Source: Octopus bimaculoides (Eukaryota). From it: a DNA stretch of 64,000 nucleotides. A model generated the notes under the pieces. That model was not told the DNA's origin and ran no database searches. It was given only the letters and a program-made list of their open reading frames with translations. This document shows, piece by piece, positions 62,281 to 64,000 of this stretch. Numbering within the stretch: position 1 is the stretch's first letter; each line of letters opens with the position of its first letter. Made by a program: the position numbers and the translations under genes. The stretch is from assembly GCF_001194135.2 (NCBI RefSeq), contig NC_068982.1, positions 115,025,548 through 115,089,547 on the forward strand, in the 5' to 3' direction.

Positions 62281-63761
62281 TACATGCATGTATATATGTA
62301 TGTTTGTATGTATGTATGTGTGTATGTATATGTAGCGGGTTGGATGTGATACGCCATATCAATTCGATATGATGTAACCCACTACTAAATGTAGCATGTA
62401 GATGTAACACTTAAAGGTTCTCGCATTGGAATAACCAGTAAACATCGAAGAATCAACACCAAGAAGAAAGAAATATCATTTACATATATTATTCGTTTGC
62501 CTGACATGTTGTTAAAGAGGCACTAGCAATTCTAGTGATAGTAACAACAAGGATGGCTCGCTGGTTAGTAGTTGATAGTGTAGAAAAAGGTTGTCTGTCA
62601 GTAGAGAGTGAAAGAGACTTGCAGCTAAAGTTGACAAGTTTGAAACCGAATGTATCTGCACTAGCTGCATTGCACCAGATACGTGGTACTCATTAAAAAG
62701 TTGTTTTCTTTTCCTTTATAATACAATCATTAATTATTTTTGCATCAGTAGTTCTGATCAATGGTTCAAAATGGGGAAAATAAAACTCAGTGTGAAGGAA
62801 AATGCAAGTTTACCAAAGTTAATCTGGCTGCATAATATAGAACTAACGTTAGAATTTTATTCACATTAATGACAAAACTAAACCCACAATAAGGGATTTG
62901 TAAACTATGTATATTTAAGTCCAAACTGGGCAACGAGTCTACTATATAGTGTGTGTGTGTCAAATGATAGAAGGGGGATTCACTTGAGGACTTAGTGTTG
63001 GTGAGGGTTGTGTCAGAGTTTTTTTTTTTTTACACAGGTGGATGATGGAGCATTTTTGGGTTGATAGGAAGGTGATGTTGCAATTTGGTGCAAAAAGTTT
63101 GGGAAACACTGCTCTGTACCCTCATGCTAACTCAATCTAGCCTCTCTTACTGTTCTACCTTTCCTATGCCCCACCCCAAACATCTCATCACTACCATCTT
63201 TATTTCTCTTTCTGAGAAATAAAGATGGCAATGATGAGCAGCTATGTATCTCTTCTATAGAAAGAAACTTGTTCTTGCCTTCCTTCATACTCTAACCTTT
63301 CATCATCAAGCATAAGGATGCCTCTCTCTCTACTAATGAGGATCTTAGTCTTGCAAGCTATATGGTGACCTCATTAGTGCTGGTATCACAAAAAAAAGCA
63401 CTTAGTACACTCTGTCAAATGGTTGGTGTTAGGAAGGGCATCCAGCCATAGAGCCCATGCCAAAGCAGACATTGTCAGATCCTATCAAACAGTCCAAACC
63501 ATGCTAGCATGGTAGATTAATGTTAAAAGACGATGATGATGATCCTTTACTTTGGAGATTAAGGTCTACCACACTGTTAGTTTTTTTTTATGTATGTAAC
63601 AAAGCTTGCTTTAACATTGTAAAATGTGAGTAGCTCTCTTTTCATCATGGTTTAGAAATCACCTCAGCTGGGAACTATGCCTGTCAATTAAATGCTTTCA
63701 TGTTCATTTAAGATATGTGGCAGAAAAGTTTGATTAACAAAATGCTTTCTCAGTCTTTTAG

Positions 63762-63846
63762 ATTTGCTGTCAAAGGAAAGATGGCAACATTGAAGGCATA
63801 CACCATCAGCCAGGGCCTGACAACTTCTAAAGTCACTGAGAGGAAG
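63762..63846 (+). CDS. Candidate exon of an unidentified third gene
   Basis: ctttta g|A acceptor, AAG|gtatga donor. aagATGG at 63781 opens MATLKAYTISQGLTTSKVTERK, phase 0. Unique, higher-GC sequence. Product not recognised. Confidence 0.45.
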
Positions 63847-64000
63847 GTATGACATACATTACAGTAGTCTCGTTAATGATCGTTTACTTTTTTATTTTTC
63901 TTTATTTTATATTTGTCATTTATGCCAATATATGTTGAATGACTGACATTATTCTTGATGAAGTAGTTACTTTACAATGAACAGCAACTTCTAAACAATA

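Noticed and set aside
62332-62385. Stem-loop GTAGCGGGTT...AACCCACTAC
   Set aside because: A 10-bp arm with one mismatch and a long irregular loop is within chance for 64 kb.

Overview
Eukaryotic genomic DNA: AT-rich and microsatellite-rich, with 12 N-gaps. The repeat families resemble those I recognise from Octopus (inference, no search run). Two genes can be rebuilt exon by exon, head-to-head with ATGs 8.0 kb apart. RSPH9 is on the minus strand (5 exons, 27342->19609, 273 aa, all junctions GT-AG and in phase). PMPCA (MPP-alpha) is on the plus strand (35388->55070, 12 exons located, one starting inside the N-gap 50903-51046). A probable third gene starts on the plus strand near the right edge (donor after 60329; exon 63762-63846 with an ATG). 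The rest is mostly decayed mobile DNA: RTE LINE pieces, two tRNA-like SINE families, R4-, Tx1- and CRE-like LINE fragments, two Penelope-like GIY-YIG fragments, Tc1 (IR/DR), mariner and Tigger remnants, LTRs, a piggyBac-type MITE, Helentron-like elements and a telomere-repeat-carrying element. Most interesting: a type I hammerhead ribozyme fold behind the Penelope ORF, an LTR family with TG...AA ends in two copies, a duplicated X-box plus NRF1-like module at the RSPH9 promoter, and a perfect 22-bp intronic hairpin. No rRNA, true tRNA gene or CRISPR array is supported.
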